Shown: one piece after another, positions 28,192-39,834 of the stretch | Position numbering within the stretch: position 1 is the stretch's first letter | How the letters are laid out: each line of letters begins with the position of its first letter | Origin: Parcubacteria group bacterium | Lineage (GTDB): Bacteria > Patescibacteriota > Minisyncoccia > Moranbacterales > UBA2206 | DNA length: 64,000 nt | Assembly: GCA_041674205.1 (NCBI GenBank) | Contig: JBAYWF010000004.1 | Location: forward strand, 26,721-90,720 | Direction of reading: 5' to 3' | The notes under the pieces: generated by a model | What the model saw: only the letters and a program-made list of their open reading frames with translations | What the model was told of the DNA's origin: nothing | Database searches by the model: none | Position numbers and translations under genes: made by a program

Positions 28192-29736
28192 TCAGGCCGC
28201 GGATATTGCCGCACGTATGGCTCTTATTTCTCCCGTCTTCAGATCCAGTTCGACCTCATCCCCGTCCTGCAGAATCCGCGTAGCGTTTTTCGTACCGATG
28301 ATGGCCGGCAAGCCGAGTTCGCGTGAAACGATCGCCGCGTGGCACGCCAAGCCGCCCTCATCGGTGATTATCGCGATGGCTTTTTTCATAAGCGGCACAA
28401 ACTCGATCCTGGTCATGCTGGTCACCAAAATCCTGCCCGCTTCAAAATCACTTTTGTCCGGACGCAGGATTATGCTCACAATCCCTCTGATTTTTTCTTG
28501 GCCGCCCCGGCTGGCTACCACGCCCATCAATCCGCTTGCAGATTCGATCTTGCTTGCCAACCCGAATAAATCCCTGGCCTCATCGCCGAAAAAAATGTTC
28601 CGCTTGCCATGCTCGAATGCCAAGAATACGCCCGACTCCCTTTTTGCGATAATCAACGGATCGACTCGCACGTCCTTTTCCAGCAAATCAAACAATTCTT
28701 CCATAAAATACGCGGTGCAGGTGTGATAATCGATTTTTTTGCGTTCCGTGATTTCCCGCAGCATGGAATAGATGTAATAGAATTGCTTCATCATTCCCGA
28801 TTTCCTTTGATCAAACCACAAAATTGCCTTTTGGGAAAATTCAATATCCATCAAATCAACCTCTCTTAGGGCATAGCGCTTTTTAAGTTCATTTTTACTA
28901 GCATGGATATTTGAGAAATTATCTTCTATTTTAGCCAGTTCATTTTCCAGGTCGGCTTCGTTTTTTATTTTTAATTCATTTTTAACTTCATCCCTCAATG
29001 AATATCCATCTACACGCGTCGCCTCATAAAAATTCGTTTTAATCCAGAAAAAATCCCGTATATATTTATCGACTAGCGGTTGGACATTTTTATCTTCCCA
29101 CGCTTTAGCGAAATCATCATTCCCAGAACTATGGATTTTCCGGTTAACCGTCAGACATATTTCAAAAAAATTCTTTCGTTCCTGATTGAAAACCGCCATC
29201 TCATCCGGATGCGCCAACACGCTCACCGCTTCCCGCGCATCTTCATAGCTGATGCCATGGCGTTTTTGGAATCGCGGCACCACTTCCCAATTGACTACCT
29301 CCGCTTTGTCTTCGCCGGTAGCGGCACATTTCCACCACTCATAGGCCAGCTCGTTTATTTTCCTAAAATATCCAGCGAATTCAGCGTCTGGAATTCCCCC
29401 TTCCGCCCTTTCCAGATATTCCAACCCCAAGCGGTCGATTTCTAGAGCCAATTTTTGTTGGGCTTGGATTTTGTTCCGCATACCCTCCGGGTTTTCCAAA
29501 TAATCTTCGTAAAACTTTTTGGAAACCTTTTTGATATCGTCCCGTGAAATCAATTGGTAGAAAACGTCCGCCCCTTGGCCGAAATAGCAATGCACGTGAT
29601 CATAATCGACTCCGGTGATTTCCGCCGAATCCGAATAGGCCCGGAAAACCCAATCGGCCGCGTTGAAAGCCGCCCGGGCGCTTTGCACGTCGATTTCATT
29701 TTCCGCCAGATATTTTTTCAATTCTTGCGCGTCCAT
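28192..29736 (-). CDS. Divergent N-terminal domain plus PEP-utilizer phospho-His swivel domain (copy A)
   Basis: C-terminal [11 protein letters not shown]...[18 protein letters not shown]...DGDEVELD. Confidence 0.85.
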   Translation of the reverse strand: MDAQELKKYLAENEIDVQSARAAFNAADWVFRAYSDSAEITGVDYDHVHCYFGQGADVFYQLISRDDIKKVSKKFYEDYLENPEGMRNKIQAQQKLALEIDRLGLEYLERAEGGIPDAEFAGYFRKINELAYEWWKCAATGEDKAEVVNWEVVPRFQKRHGISYEDAREAVSVLAHPDEMAVFNQERKNFFEICLTVNRKIHSSGNDDFAKAWEDKNVQPLVDKYIRDFFWIKTNFYEATRVDGYSLRDEVKNELKIKNEADLENELAKIEDNFSNIHASKNELKKRYALREVDLMDIEFSQKAILWFDQRKSGMMKQFYYIYSMLREITERKKIDYHTCTAYFMEELFDLLEKDVRVDPLIIAKRESGVFLAFEHGKRNIFFGDEARDLFGLASKIESASGLMGVVASRGGQEKIRGIVSIILRPDKSDFEAGRILVTSMTRIEFVPLMKKAIAIITDEGGLACHAAIVSRELGLPAIIGTKNATRILQDGDEVELDLKTGEIRAIRAAISAA

Positions 29737-29737
29737 A

Positions 29738-31159
29738 TTATTTTATTATTTTTACCAATCCATGATTCGCCTTGACTTCCACCAGCATTCCGTCTTTCAA
29801 AACCTTGGTCGCGATTTTTGTGCCGATGACGGCCGGAATGCCAAGCTCGCGCGCCACGATGGCCGCGTGGCAAGTTATACCACCTTCATCCGTCACAATA
29901 GCGGCAGCTTTACGCAAAGCAGGAATAAATTCAGGACGAGTCATAGAAGAGACCAAAATATCGCCCTCCTCCACTTTGTCTATGGTTTTAATGTCCTTGC
30001 AAATAATCACTCGTCCGATAGCGGTTCCAGCATTGGCAGTCGTGCCGTGTAAATCCATTCCGAAATCATGCTTAGCCGCTTCTTTTTCCTTTTTAATTCT
30101 AGCATACTCCGCATAATCCCCGCCTATGGATTTCTTTTCTCCCTGTTCATCCACAAGAAACAATACGCCCTGGGTCCTTTCCGTCAGCTCGCCTTCCATA
30201 TCCTTCATTTTTCCAATCGTTTCCATTCCCATGACATCATCCACTCCCAGGTAGGATAGCAGATGGCTGGCGACTCCCATCCTTTGCGCCAATTCATCCA
30301 TAATAATGCCTAGATTGCTGATAGCTCTCAAAATATTTTCTTTCCTTTCGTCCTGCCAGACCGTACAAAAATCGATTATTCCGATCATCTCTTTCAGTTC
30401 CGGACCCAAATCCATACTAGGCATATTCTCTTGTTTCGAAGAAATTTCTTTTTTATCAACCATGCTAGCTATCCTTTCCTTGAGCGAAGCAATAGTGATT
30501 TTTTTCGGACCGACATAGCTGTTTTGGATCCAAAAATATCTTTTCAAATGCGCTTCGAGCGCCGCTTCAAATTCCGCGCCTTCCAAGGACATGGTTTTTT
30601 TAAGATCGTTTTCTTCCCTGGCTATGAAAGAGATTTCCGTAGGCGCCGTTATGGCGGCGAAATACTTATTGAAACTTTTTTTATCCTCAAGGGAATCGAA
30701 TAATTTTTCCTTCAATTCTTTCTCCAGTTCCATGCCGATTCCTTCCAGCACATGGGCGATGCCTACGGAATCAGTCATAGCTTCCAAACTTTTTTTGAAA
30801 TGGTCCAAAAGCCCCACGTCGTCCATCAGAGCCACCTCTCCAGCTCCGACGCTATCAAACATCTCCCGATGTTTTTTAAAAATTTCTTCGTACCGGTTTT
30901 TAATCTTAACCAGATAATCATTGTCTTCCCCGATCTTCTTCTTCGCCTGCATCCAAACGTCGGCCAGATCGCTTTGCAAATAGCCGTATTCGCAATAATC
31001 ATCCTGGTAACTGCAAATGAAACCGGAATATCCATATCCCAGATGTTTTTTCATCGGCACCAGGCTTGCGGCGCAAGAGTTCAAAAAAATCGGCACGCCG
31101 TTGAATCCTTGGATATACCAATCCTTTTCCAGTGCCATTTCCAGATCTTTTTTGTCCAT
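29738..31159 (-). CDS. Divergent N-terminal domain plus phospho-His swivel domain (copy B)
   Basis: GDILVSSMTRPEF...TDEGGITCHAAIVARELG. Confidence 0.85.
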   Translation of the reverse strand: MDKKDLEMALEKDWYIQGFNGVPIFLNSCAASLVPMKKHLGYGYSGFICSYQDDYCEYGYLQSDLADVWMQAKKKIGEDNDYLVKIKNRYEEIFKKHREMFDSVGAGEVALMDDVGLLDHFKKSLEAMTDSVGIAHVLEGIGMELEKELKEKLFDSLEDKKSFNKYFAAITAPTEISFIAREENDLKKTMSLEGAEFEAALEAHLKRYFWIQNSYVGPKKITIASLKERIASMVDKKEISSKQENMPSMDLGPELKEMIGIIDFCTVWQDERKENILRAISNLGIIMDELAQRMGVASHLLSYLGVDDVMGMETIGKMKDMEGELTERTQGVLFLVDEQGEKKSIGGDYAEYARIKKEKEAAKHDFGMDLHGTTANAGTAIGRVIICKDIKTIDKVEEGDILVSSMTRPEFIPALRKAAAIVTDEGGITCHAAIVARELGIPAVIGTKIATKVLKDGMLVEVKANHGLVKIIK

Positions 31160-31171
31160 ATGTTTTTTTTA

Positions 31172-31813
31172 TTAAGACTGAAGATTTTTCTCCGCCTCGA
31201 TCAAATCATGCAAACTTCCGATTTCAACATAGCCCTCTTTCGCCCGCAAACCGTCGCCATCATTCAGGATGTGGTATAGGCGGTAGCCGAAATCGCCGGC
31301 TTCTTTTTTGACTTCTTCGGCGGCCTCCGCGAAGTTTCCGCAATTTTTGAGTTTGTCATCGGTATACACGACCGTCCGGAACCCTTCGGCATATTTTTTC
31401 CGCAAATAATCCAGAAGCATCTCTTTGGTTTTCACGTTCGTTTCGGCATAATCGAAAGTCGAGTTTATTTTTTTGAAAAACTTCCGCACATCAAATCCGA
31501 TCCGCGGGGTGAGATATTCCGCCCGCCAGTCGATCTGTTCCGGGTTGCCTTGCGTGAAAACCTCGCTGTGCTGCGCCCATTCCAAAACTTCCTGCGCGCC
31601 CGGCATCAGATCAAGCTTGAAATACCAGCCTTCGCCATAAGGTATTTTATACATTTCTTCCTCTTCCCGCGCGGAAATACCGTCCATTTTTCTGCCAAGT
31701 TCGTTTTCCAGCCAATCATAATAGCCGGCAAATCCGGTTTTCTCCGCGTCCCATTCCTCCCGGAAAATCGTCCCGGCCAGATCCCAAAGATACAATGTTT
31801 TATTATTTTTCAT
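31172..31813 (-). CDS. HAD-superfamily hydrolase-like protein
   Basis: YLWDLAGTIF (motif I), FTQG, YTDDKLKN (motif IV). Confidence 0.65.
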   Translation of the reverse strand: MKNNKTLYLWDLAGTIFREEWDAEKTGFAGYYDWLENELGRKMDGISAREEEEMYKIPYGEGWYFKLDLMPGAQEVLEWAQHSEVFTQGNPEQIDWRAEYLTPRIGFDVRKFFKKINSTFDYAETNVKTKEMLLDYLRKKYAEGFRTVVYTDDKLKNCGNFAEAAEEVKKEAGDFGYRLYHILNDGDGLRAKEGYVEIGSLHDLIEAEKNLQS

Positions 31814-32393
31814 CTATTTCTCTAATTAATTTTTTTATATCTTTAAAAATTATCACTTTCATTCCCGCCAATATGGCGCCTTCCACCCTGTCCGGGCGAT
31901 CATCGACATAGATAGCCTCCCCTCCGGATATCCCGGCTTGGGCGAGAGCATAGTCAAAAATTTCTTTTGCCGGCTTGCGGATATGCAGATCACCCGACAC
32001 CGCGATGATATCGAAAATGCCGTTCCATCCGAAGTTATTGGAAAAATATTCGAACCATTCCTTGGGATTATTGGAAATGACGCCGATTTTATATTTTTTC
32101 TTCAAGGTCCTAATATAATCCACGAGCTCGGTATTTTGAACGAAGCCCCCAAGTACGGATTCCCGTAATCGATTTACATCCAGCCCATTCTTAAAATTCT
32201 TACTTACCTCATCGAAATATTCTTTTTCAGAAATTTTACCCAGCGTAAAATCCTTCCAGTATGGAAAATCGCGCATTGCCGCGTAAAGACTGCCTGGCGC
32301 CAAGGAATTATCCTTTTCATATTCCCTGATTCCGGAGATAAACCCCTCTTTTACCAGGACATTTCCCGAATCAAAAAAAATCGCTTTTATCAT
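31803..32393 (-). CDS. HAD family phosphatase
   Basis: IFFDSGNVL, ISNN, RKP..IF, YVDD. Confidence 0.88.
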   Translation of the reverse strand: MIKAIFFDSGNVLVKEGFISGIREYEKDNSLAPGSLYAAMRDFPYWKDFTLGKISEKEYFDEVSKNFKNGLDVNRLRESVLGGFVQNTELVDYIRTLKKKYKIGVISNNPKEWFEYFSNNFGWNGIFDIIAVSGDLHIRKPAKEIFDYALAQAGISGGEAIYVDDRPDRVEGAILAGMKVIIFKDIKKLIREIDEK

Positions 32394-32399
32394 ATGGTT

Positions 32400-33899
32400 T
32401 TAACTTGTAGCCCGTTCAATGATTTTTATCACGCCTGTTTTGGCATCCACTTCCACTAGATCATTATCATGGATTATCCTCGTGCCGTTTTTCGTATCCA
32501 TCACGCAAGGAACGCCTAGTTCCCTCGATACGATCGCCGCATGCGAAGACAATCCGCCCTGATCGGCTATTATAGCTGCCGCCTTTTCCATCGCCACCAC
32601 GAAATCCGGGGTAGTGAATTGGGCGACCAATATATCGCCCTTGTTTACTTTCGGGATATCCTTTTTGTCCAGGCAAATTTTCGCCCTTCCGCGAATAATC
32701 CCTCCCGAACATGCCACTTTGCCTTTTAGCTCCTCGGATTTTACGACATCGACGAAATAATCTTTTTCCATTTTTTTTATTTCTTCCGGATCGGTAATCA
32801 GCCGCGTCTTTGAATTACGGACGATCATAGCATAATTGGAATGCCTCCGCGCCATTTCTTCCGCATCGGGCAATACCTTGCCTTCCAGGGCGCCAAACAT
32901 TTCCTCATCCGTGATTTCCATGATTTCATCCGGATTGAAATTAGATCTTCGGGCGATTTCGGAATAGAGAAAACTCGCTCCAAAATCAGCATTGAAGAAA
33001 GCTTCTACGCGCCTATTGCGCAAATATGAATGATGTTTGGCCTTTCTGATTATTTCCAGAAAGTCAGGCTTAGGTTTTATCTTATCCAGCGCCGCTTCAT
33101 AGTCCGCCTCCACTTTTTCTTCCGAAGCGTTATAGTCCATCTCGTCCAATTTCATTCCATCGTCCACCTGTTTTTTTATTTCTTTCAAGCGATTGATTAT
33201 GTCCTCAAAAGAATAGGGCCGGCTAGTAGCCAATCCCCTGTTTATATAGGCGTATTTATCCAGATGATCATCGATAATATTCCTAGCCTCAGCCGATAAT
33301 CCATCCAGATCCTCCATTTTTTCAAAAAAATCCTTCGCAATCGCCAATAGAGCTATCCTTTCCTGGCTCACTTCGGTCGCTTTTTCCGGATCGGTAAACG
33401 TCAGCACTAGGTTCCTGAATCCAGAATCGCTAGAAGGGATGTATTCCGCCAAATTGTTCTCAATCGCGTTCTCAAAATACTCATCCAGTGGATATTGCGC
33501 ATACCAGGCGCCGACCAGACTCCTATATTTATTCAATATATCAGCCAAGGATTCCTTCAACTCAGAATTGTCTTTTTCTTTCCAATTGATTTTTTTAAGT
33601 TCTAATCCTTTTTTATACAGATTCTCGCATTCTTCCAATTCTCTTTGGCAATACCGCTCAAACCAACCATCATTAGCCTTAAGATGATCAATCACTTCTT
33701 TTTCGAAACTGTTATATTCCGACGCCTCCCAATACATCATATGGTTCAAGAATGTGCGGTTGCAAAGCACGGTTTTAATTTCGACTTTGCTAGCATCCTC
33801 CTTGTTAAAAGCAGAATTTATCATAAAACGCAAGAAAATCGGAAGTTTTCCCGAAGGTTTGATCCTCCATTTCCCCGAATGCATGACCGCTGATGACAT
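32400..33899 (-). CDS. Divergent N-terminal domain plus phospho-His swivel domain (copy C)
   Basis: GDILVAQFTTPDF...[18 protein letters not shown]. Confidence 0.85.
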   Translation of the reverse strand: MSSAVMHSGKWRIKPSGKLPIFLRFMINSAFNKEDASKVEIKTVLCNRTFLNHMMYWEASEYNSFEKEVIDHLKANDGWFERYCQRELEECENLYKKGLELKKINWKEKDNSELKESLADILNKYRSLVGAWYAQYPLDEYFENAIENNLAEYIPSSDSGFRNLVLTFTDPEKATEVSQERIALLAIAKDFFEKMEDLDGLSAEARNIIDDHLDKYAYINRGLATSRPYSFEDIINRLKEIKKQVDDGMKLDEMDYNASEEKVEADYEAALDKIKPKPDFLEIIRKAKHHSYLRNRRVEAFFNADFGASFLYSEIARRSNFNPDEIMEITDEEMFGALEGKVLPDAEEMARRHSNYAMIVRNSKTRLITDPEEIKKMEKDYFVDVVKSEELKGKVACSGGIIRGRAKICLDKKDIPKVNKGDILVAQFTTPDFVVAMEKAAAIIADQGGLSSHAAIVSRELGVPCVMDTKNGTRIIHDNDLVEVDAKTGVIKIIERATS

Positions 33900-33917
33900 A
33901 TGATTGTAATTAAAAGA

Positions 33918-34868
33918 TTATTTTGCTGATTCTTTAGAATTTTTCCATTCCTTATACTTGCCCACCAATGCCAGAAATTTATTTTTGTCGATAAAAACTT
34001 TGCTTTCCGCCGGTCGGCTGCCACCCTCGAACCTGACCGGTATTTTATCCGGCAGATCGTTCGGATTTTTGATATCCAAATAGATCGATTCGTTGGTATC
34101 GATAAAACCGCCAAAGTCCTCGTTTTCAAAATCGGAAATCGGTCCTTCCTGGCCATCCGCTCCCAGCATAACGCCCGCCTTCTTCAACAAGGCCTCCATG
34201 AACATGCCATGCGTAACAGTATTCAATACGGCATCCTTTTTAACATTGGAATCATCCCCACCCCGGTATCGCCTATCATATCTTCCCGCTATTTCAAATT
34301 CGTGATTCAATTGTTGCGCTAACCCCATAGCCATCCGGGTTATCACCTCATCGTTTTCTTCCCTTAGGATATATCTGAATCCGACCGCTTGGTTTTTGGC
34401 CCGGATCGGTGCGATTTTTTCTTGGTCGGGCAATTTCGTAAGGTCGACTTTCAATTTTCCATTTTCATCCCTTTCAGTCGACTCGCCTAATTCCCGCAGG
34501 GTTTCTTCATTGATCAAATCAGCAGCTTTCCCTAGCTGTTTTTTCAAATCCGGATTCAATATCCCATATTGGATATCCTCGACTTTGCGCGTAGCATATT
34601 GCTTCCCGGTCAATTCCGACTTGATGCCGCTTTTTTCAGAAATGAGATCGCCAGTAATAAAAGCTCGGTCGCTTTTTTCATCACTGGCATAGGCCTTCAG
34701 CACCTCGGCCTCTTCTCCGATTTGCCCGCCCTTCCCACTTGCGTTTTCAATGCCCTCGGGAGAAAGTTCACCTGAAGCCAGCCTTTCCGCGTGCCTTGTG
34801 ATCATAAAGACATATGTGGGTTCTTTTTCAAATGTTACTTCTTTAGGGCCGCCTTCCTTGAAACTCAT
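33918..34868 (-). CDS. Histidine-phosphatase-fold protein
   Basis: FMITRHAE (RH motif), S...RA..T, NTVTHG. Confidence 0.65.
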   Translation of the reverse strand: MSFKEGGPKEVTFEKEPTYVFMITRHAERLASGELSPEGIENASGKGGQIGEEAEVLKAYASDEKSDRAFITGDLISEKSGIKSELTGKQYATRKVEDIQYGILNPDLKKQLGKAADLINEETLRELGESTERDENGKLKVDLTKLPDQEKIAPIRAKNQAVGFRYILREENDEVITRMAMGLAQQLNHEFEIAGRYDRRYRGGDDSNVKKDAVLNTVTHGMFMEALLKKAGVMLGADGQEGPISDFENEDFGGFIDTNESIYLDIKNPNDLPDKIPVRFEGGSRPAESKVFIDKNKFLALVGKYKEWKNSKESAK

Positions 34869-34902
34869 AAATTTATTCTTAAATATTTATGTTTTTATTA
34901 TA

Positions 34903-36381
34903 TCACGATTTATTCAATATTCTCACGATCCCCATATCCGCATCCACTTCCACCAAGTCCCCGTCATGCAAAATCTGCGTCGCAATTTTGGTGCCGATGA
35001 TGCAAGGGATTTTCAGCTCACGGGAAATTATCGCAGCATGCGAAGTTATACCACCCTCGTCAGTTATTATAGCTGAAGCTTTTTTCATAAGCGACACGAA
35101 TTCCGGCCGGGTCATGCCAGTTACCAATATTTCGTTTTTCAAAAAATAATTTCTTTGCGCCCGATAGCTATGTATAACTCGCACTCTGCCTTGCACCTTT
35201 CCAGGTGATCCAACACTCCCCTTAATAATATTTCCTCCATATTTTTCTAAGGATTGTTGTTGTAAATAATAATCATTGATCTGTTTTTTAACGTCTTCGT
35301 GCTTTCCGATATTTTCTATCATTTTACCACCCTTATCTATAAATACCGAATATTCAGGAAAACGCGCTTGTACTATGTGGCTTATGGAAGAAATATATTC
35401 AGATCCTTTCAAGACTTCATGAAAATGAGTATACGGAATATATTTTTCTCCTACAGCACACTGAGCGAATATTTTTTGCGCAAATCTATATGTAACAGTT
35501 GTAAAGCGAGCCATAGAATCCTTCCTTACATCTCTTAATTTCATAATTGCTTGTATATATTCAACGAGTTTTATTTCTTCCGAGGAAAGAGTCCTGATCC
35601 ACCGCGCATATTCTTGTCGCCTTTCTTTTTCAGCATCAATATCCCGCCTAAGGATATCGTCGATTTGGGCTAATGAAAAATCACCGAAATCTTTTTTTAA
35701 ATTTGACGCGACTTCTGACGCGGATTTGATATGGTCATAATGGGCTTCAAAAAACTGGCATTTTTCCCCTATTTTCTCCCAAGAACAACCTTCCTTTATC
35801 ATATTGATAAGTATATGTCTCCTTCTGATATCAAACGAATGGGAAACGGGCCATGTCGCATTCTCCCAAAGGGATCGCACCCTATCCGGATTTATATCGC
35901 TTTTCACTTGTTTGAGAAATCCCAGACACATCCGCTCATCAAATGCGATGGAAAAAAATAGCGCTGCGTTCATATCCCATACCGCGTCTCTTATGGCAAT
36001 CACATCGTCTTTGATTTCAGACTCCTGCTTCAACGCGATGTAATGATATGTGAGTTTTTCATAAATTTCCGATATCTTATCATCAAGCCTATGAAAAATT
36101 TTAAATCGTTGATCCAATATGTCCTGGCCTTTCCAATGTCTCAGAAAAATTTCCTCGGAATGCCGTTGCGCCTGCGAAAAATGATAGTAATAAATACCCT
36201 CTTTAGAATTCATCGTGACAACAAGCGGGAATGACAAATCATCATCATAATACTTTTTAAAGTATTTTCTAGTATTCCATCCGCTTGACTGGACAATCAT
36301 AGCGCCATTGTATAAGGCCGGAGAAATTTCCTCATTTCGTGACGCCCGCGTAAATAATTGTGCCACACCATATGTTTCCAT
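34903..36381 (-). CDS. Divergent N-terminal domain plus phospho-His swivel domain (copy D)
   Basis: EILVTGMTRPEF...TDEGGITSHAAIISRELK. Confidence 0.85.
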   Translation of the reverse strand: METYGVAQLFTRASRNEEISPALYNGAMIVQSSGWNTRKYFKKYYDDDLSFPLVVTMNSKEGIYYYHFSQAQRHSEEIFLRHWKGQDILDQRFKIFHRLDDKISEIYEKLTYHYIALKQESEIKDDVIAIRDAVWDMNAALFFSIAFDERMCLGFLKQVKSDINPDRVRSLWENATWPVSHSFDIRRRHILINMIKEGCSWEKIGEKCQFFEAHYDHIKSASEVASNLKKDFGDFSLAQIDDILRRDIDAEKERRQEYARWIRTLSSEEIKLVEYIQAIMKLRDVRKDSMARFTTVTYRFAQKIFAQCAVGEKYIPYTHFHEVLKGSEYISSISHIVQARFPEYSVFIDKGGKMIENIGKHEDVKKQINDYYLQQQSLEKYGGNIIKGSVGSPGKVQGRVRVIHSYRAQRNYFLKNEILVTGMTRPEFVSLMKKASAIITDEGGITSHAAIISRELKIPCIIGTKIATQILHDGDLVEVDADMGIVRILNKS

Positions 36382-36394
36382 ATTGAATATGATA

Positions 36395-37882
36395 TCACGA
36401 ATTTATTTTTAATATTCGAACTGTCCCGCGATCCGCATCCACCTCCACCAAATCCCCGTCGTGCAAAATTTGCGTCGCGATTTTGGTGCCGATGATACAA
36501 GGTTTTTTCATTTCTCGAGCGACGATAGCCGCGTGGCAAGTGACACCGCCTTCGTCTGTCACAAAAGCAGAAGCTTTACGCATAGCCGGAAGATAACTAG
36601 GCTTGGTCATATGCGCGATCAAAATATCCCCTGCCTTCACTTTCATCAAATCTTGCTCGTTGTTTAAAACTTTTACTGCGCCCCTTGCGATCCCATGCGA
36701 GGCCACCACTCCCATAATTTCAGTTTTCACATCTCTAACCAAAGATTTCTTGCCAATTTCCCGCCCGATTATTTTCTCCGCTTCCGTGCCGACATGATAA
36801 TTCTCCTTGCCGTCACACATCCACATAAATGTTCCATCCCTATGGGATACTTCCCTAAAATCAAAATTTTTACCGCCCACCAAGTCCTTGTATTCAGAAA
36901 ATTTCATAAAATACCGCGCCTCTTTTGGAACATCAAATCTCCTAATCACCTCCTTGAATAAAATATTTATATACTGATGGGATCTAGTATATATGCCATC
37001 CCTATATTCCTTTAAATAAATAATTTTTCTCAATGCGGAAAATAAATCATGATGCCTCTTATCAATATTCAATTTATTTTCTATGTCTTTTATATTTTTC
37101 GCGATTTCTTTCTTTCCAGGAAGAGTGGACAATCCCTTTTCCGATAAATCCTTTAATCTCGGAATAAAATCCCCCGGCTCCATTATGGGCCCAAGAAATT
37201 GATAACCCAATGACTGCCAACCGAATTTCTCCGCATGCTTCTTTAATGCCAACGACGCTTTGGTTCCTGAAATAGATTCCCCCTTTCTGATCATTTTCAC
37301 GATCTTCCAAAGATTTTCATCACTTAATCTGGCCCAAGACTTTCCCGGATTGTAGGCAAGCTTAGAAAAATATTCTCCGAGTTTATTTTCTTCGCCCGCG
37401 TCTTTTAATTTTGATTTCAAATACGGGATTACTTCATCCTCAATGGCAAAGGTGGCGATTACCGGAATATATGTATATATGGCTAAATTTTCATAGGCTT
37501 TTTCAAAATCACTCAAATATTTCAAAAGTTCCTTATCACCTTTACTAGAAAAGTCGATTTTAGAAAATTTTTTGCTATACGCTATCAGGTTTCGGCCATT
37601 TTTAAAATGATATTTTTCCAGTCTGTCTAAAAAATTCGTTTCTTTTTTTATTTCTCTCAAGAAAAATTTGGCAAAATTATCCAAATCCTGTTGTTTCCAA
37701 TATATGGATATTTTATCGCCCTCCCATAAATAAATATGTCCGAGATAGGTTTTGGCAAATTTCTTAAATGCCGGATGGAAAGGATGCGCGCTATCCCGCA
37801 AGTTGCAATATGAAACCGCAATTCCCTCCCGCTCCGTCCAAAGCCACCATTTGGATTTATTTTTAGATCTGGTTTTCTCCAT
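36395..37882 (-). CDS. Divergent N-terminal domain plus phospho-His swivel domain (copy E)
   Basis: GDILIAHMTKPSY...TDEGGVTCHAAIVAREMK. Confidence 0.85.
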   Translation of the reverse strand: MEKTRSKNKSKWWLWTEREGIAVSYCNLRDSAHPFHPAFKKFAKTYLGHIYLWEGDKISIYWKQQDLDNFAKFFLREIKKETNFLDRLEKYHFKNGRNLIAYSKKFSKIDFSSKGDKELLKYLSDFEKAYENLAIYTYIPVIATFAIEDEVIPYLKSKLKDAGEENKLGEYFSKLAYNPGKSWARLSDENLWKIVKMIRKGESISGTKASLALKKHAEKFGWQSLGYQFLGPIMEPGDFIPRLKDLSEKGLSTLPGKKEIAKNIKDIENKLNIDKRHHDLFSALRKIIYLKEYRDGIYTRSHQYINILFKEVIRRFDVPKEARYFMKFSEYKDLVGGKNFDFREVSHRDGTFMWMCDGKENYHVGTEAEKIIGREIGKKSLVRDVKTEIMGVVASHGIARGAVKVLNNEQDLMKVKAGDILIAHMTKPSYLPAMRKASAFVTDEGGVTCHAAIVAREMKKPCIIGTKIATQILHDGDLVEVDADRGTVRILKINS

Positions 37883-37896
37883 AATTTATAAAATCT

Positions 37897-38991
37897 TTAT
37901 TCCTCGCTCGCTCTCTTTAAAATTTTAACCACCCCCTTATCCGCGTCCACTTCCACTTCATCACCCGTTTTGAATGAGAGCGTCGCGTTAACCGTATTTA
38001 CGATACAGGGGATATTAAGCTCCCGCGACACGACTGCCGCATGGGAAAGCATTCCTCCGGTATTCGTAACGATCGCTGCCGCTTTTTTACATAACAATAG
38101 GACCTCCGGGCTGGTAGTCTCCGCTATTAGAATATCTCCCTTTTTCATTATTTTATCAATCTCCATAATCTGCTTATGATTATCGAACATCGGAACCACT
38201 ACAGCTTTTCCCGAAACCATCCCCCTGCTCGCGCTAACGCCTTTAACAATTTTCCTATTCACCCTTTCAGCAAATCGATCAAAAATATTTTTGGCTTCTT
38301 GATATGGGAATACCGCCAGCTTTCCCTTATGGTTTGTAGCCGCATAACATTTTTCTCTTCGTTCATAATCTTTTGGCGGCATATGTCCGTCAAAAAGCCC
38401 TCTTATCTCATCGGTGTAAAGATACTCGGCTTTCACGTCGTATTTCCTGGAAAAATATTTATAAATATTTTCCAAGACACCGCCCCTGAAATAATAGTCG
38501 TTCATAATTTCCCGGACTTCGAATTTAAATCTACCAGCATAATCCAAGTTTTTCTTTATGACCTTATTATCGTTCTTTTGAGCCACGGCATATGCATATT
38601 CTTGGAAATAGGCTTCTAAAAATCCATATCTTTTCCATAATAATCCCATGAAGTTTCTTGCATCAATGAATTCTTCTTTGGTTAAATTTTCGGGAACTTT
38701 TTTAAAATCTTTAATTATCCCTGACTTCGCTTCTCGTATATATTCCTTATATTCCTCAATATATCCATTAAATTCTTCCTGATTTCCATATAGCTCCAAC
38801 CCTTGTTCCGCCCAATCTTTTTCATGTCGACGGCTTATATATGAATAAAATACCATATTTTGGTTCATGACAAGCATATCTTGTCCCAGTGGACCCTCCA
38901 GAAGAAATTCACTATGCATACATCCGATAAGCCCGTCTGTACGGAAATATTTAATGAAATCTTCCGGATTCAATTGGTTTGGGTTTATCAT
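37897..38991 (-). CDS. Shorter N-terminal domain plus phospho-His swivel domain (copy F)
   Basis: GDILIAETTSPE...TNTGGMLSHAAVVSRELN. Confidence 0.85.
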   Translation of the reverse strand: MINPNQLNPEDFIKYFRTDGLIGCMHSEFLLEGPLGQDMLVMNQNMVFYSYISRRHEKDWAEQGLELYGNQEEFNGYIEEYKEYIREAKSGIIKDFKKVPENLTKEEFIDARNFMGLLWKRYGFLEAYFQEYAYAVAQKNDNKVIKKNLDYAGRFKFEVREIMNDYYFRGGVLENIYKYFSRKYDVKAEYLYTDEIRGLFDGHMPPKDYERREKCYAATNHKGKLAVFPYQEAKNIFDRFAERVNRKIVKGVSASRGMVSGKAVVVPMFDNHKQIMEIDKIMKKGDILIAETTSPEVLLLCKKAAAIVTNTGGMLSHAAVVSRELNIPCIVNTVNATLSFKTGDEVEVDADKGVVKILKRASEE

Positions 38992-39005
38992 ATATTTATT
39001 TACAG

Positions 39006-39830
39006 TTAATCATTCAATTCCACTTTCTCGCCCCTTCTCGCTATGGCGATGCTATTTTCTGAGACGTCGATTTTTATAGCTTCACAATTCTTAATTTCAT
39101 GATCGCCAAAATATTCATTTAAAGCATAGGCTATATAATTTTCATGTCCGAATGCCATAACTTTTATATTTTTCCCAGACCCGCTCTCCTTGATTTTATC
39201 ATGACCAAACCTTATCAACCTTAACAAATTTTTAAAATTGACATCAAACGTATCTTTAGCTGATTTTATTTCAGGGAAAAATTTTTTTAATTCTTCCGAG
39301 TAGTGAAAAAAATTAGCCCCCCAATTCCCATAATTTTTATTTTCTACAATTTTTCGAGCTTCCTCCCATTTCTTCCTGGCTTCAGCTGGAACTTTTTCCC
39401 AGTCTACATCCACGGACCGTGTCGGCATAAAAAGATATTGGACAAGAACATTGTCTATGCGCAATGACAAGTTTTTTATCTTCCTTATTCTCCCCTCACT
39501 AACTTCGTCTGAATACGCGCTTCTTGAACGTTTAGGACATACTATTTCGAAGCCTTTTCTTTCAGCAACCTTCATATATATGCTGGCCGTATCCATCGCT
39601 CTCACTTGCCCGCTAGACACAAAGAATAATCCATCATCATCGGGGTTAAATTCCGATAATAATTTTTCTGCCTCTTGCTCCGCCAAAATAATTCCTTCTT
39701 TTGATAAATCATTCTTTTCTTGCTCGCTTTCCTCAATAGGGCCCTGAGGATTATCAGAATCTAATATTTTTTTATAACTCTTATATTCTGAAATGCTATG
39801 GCGCACACCGTAAATTTCACTTTTTTCCAT
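39006..39830 (-). CDS. Histidine-phosphatase-fold protein
   Basis: YGVRHS, SSGQVRAMDTA, MAFGHE. Confidence 0.65.
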   Translation of the reverse strand: MEKSEIYGVRHSISEYKSYKKILDSDNPQGPIEESEQEKNDLSKEGIILAEQEAEKLLSEFNPDDDGLFFVSSGQVRAMDTASIYMKVAERKGFEIVCPKRSRSAYSDEVSEGRIRKIKNLSLRIDNVLVQYLFMPTRSVDVDWEKVPAEARKKWEEARKIVENKNYGNWGANFFHYSEELKKFFPEIKSAKDTFDVNFKNLLRLIRFGHDKIKESGSGKNIKVMAFGHENYIAYALNEYFGDHEIKNCEAIKIDVSENSIAIARRGEKVELND

Positions 39831-39834
39831 AAAT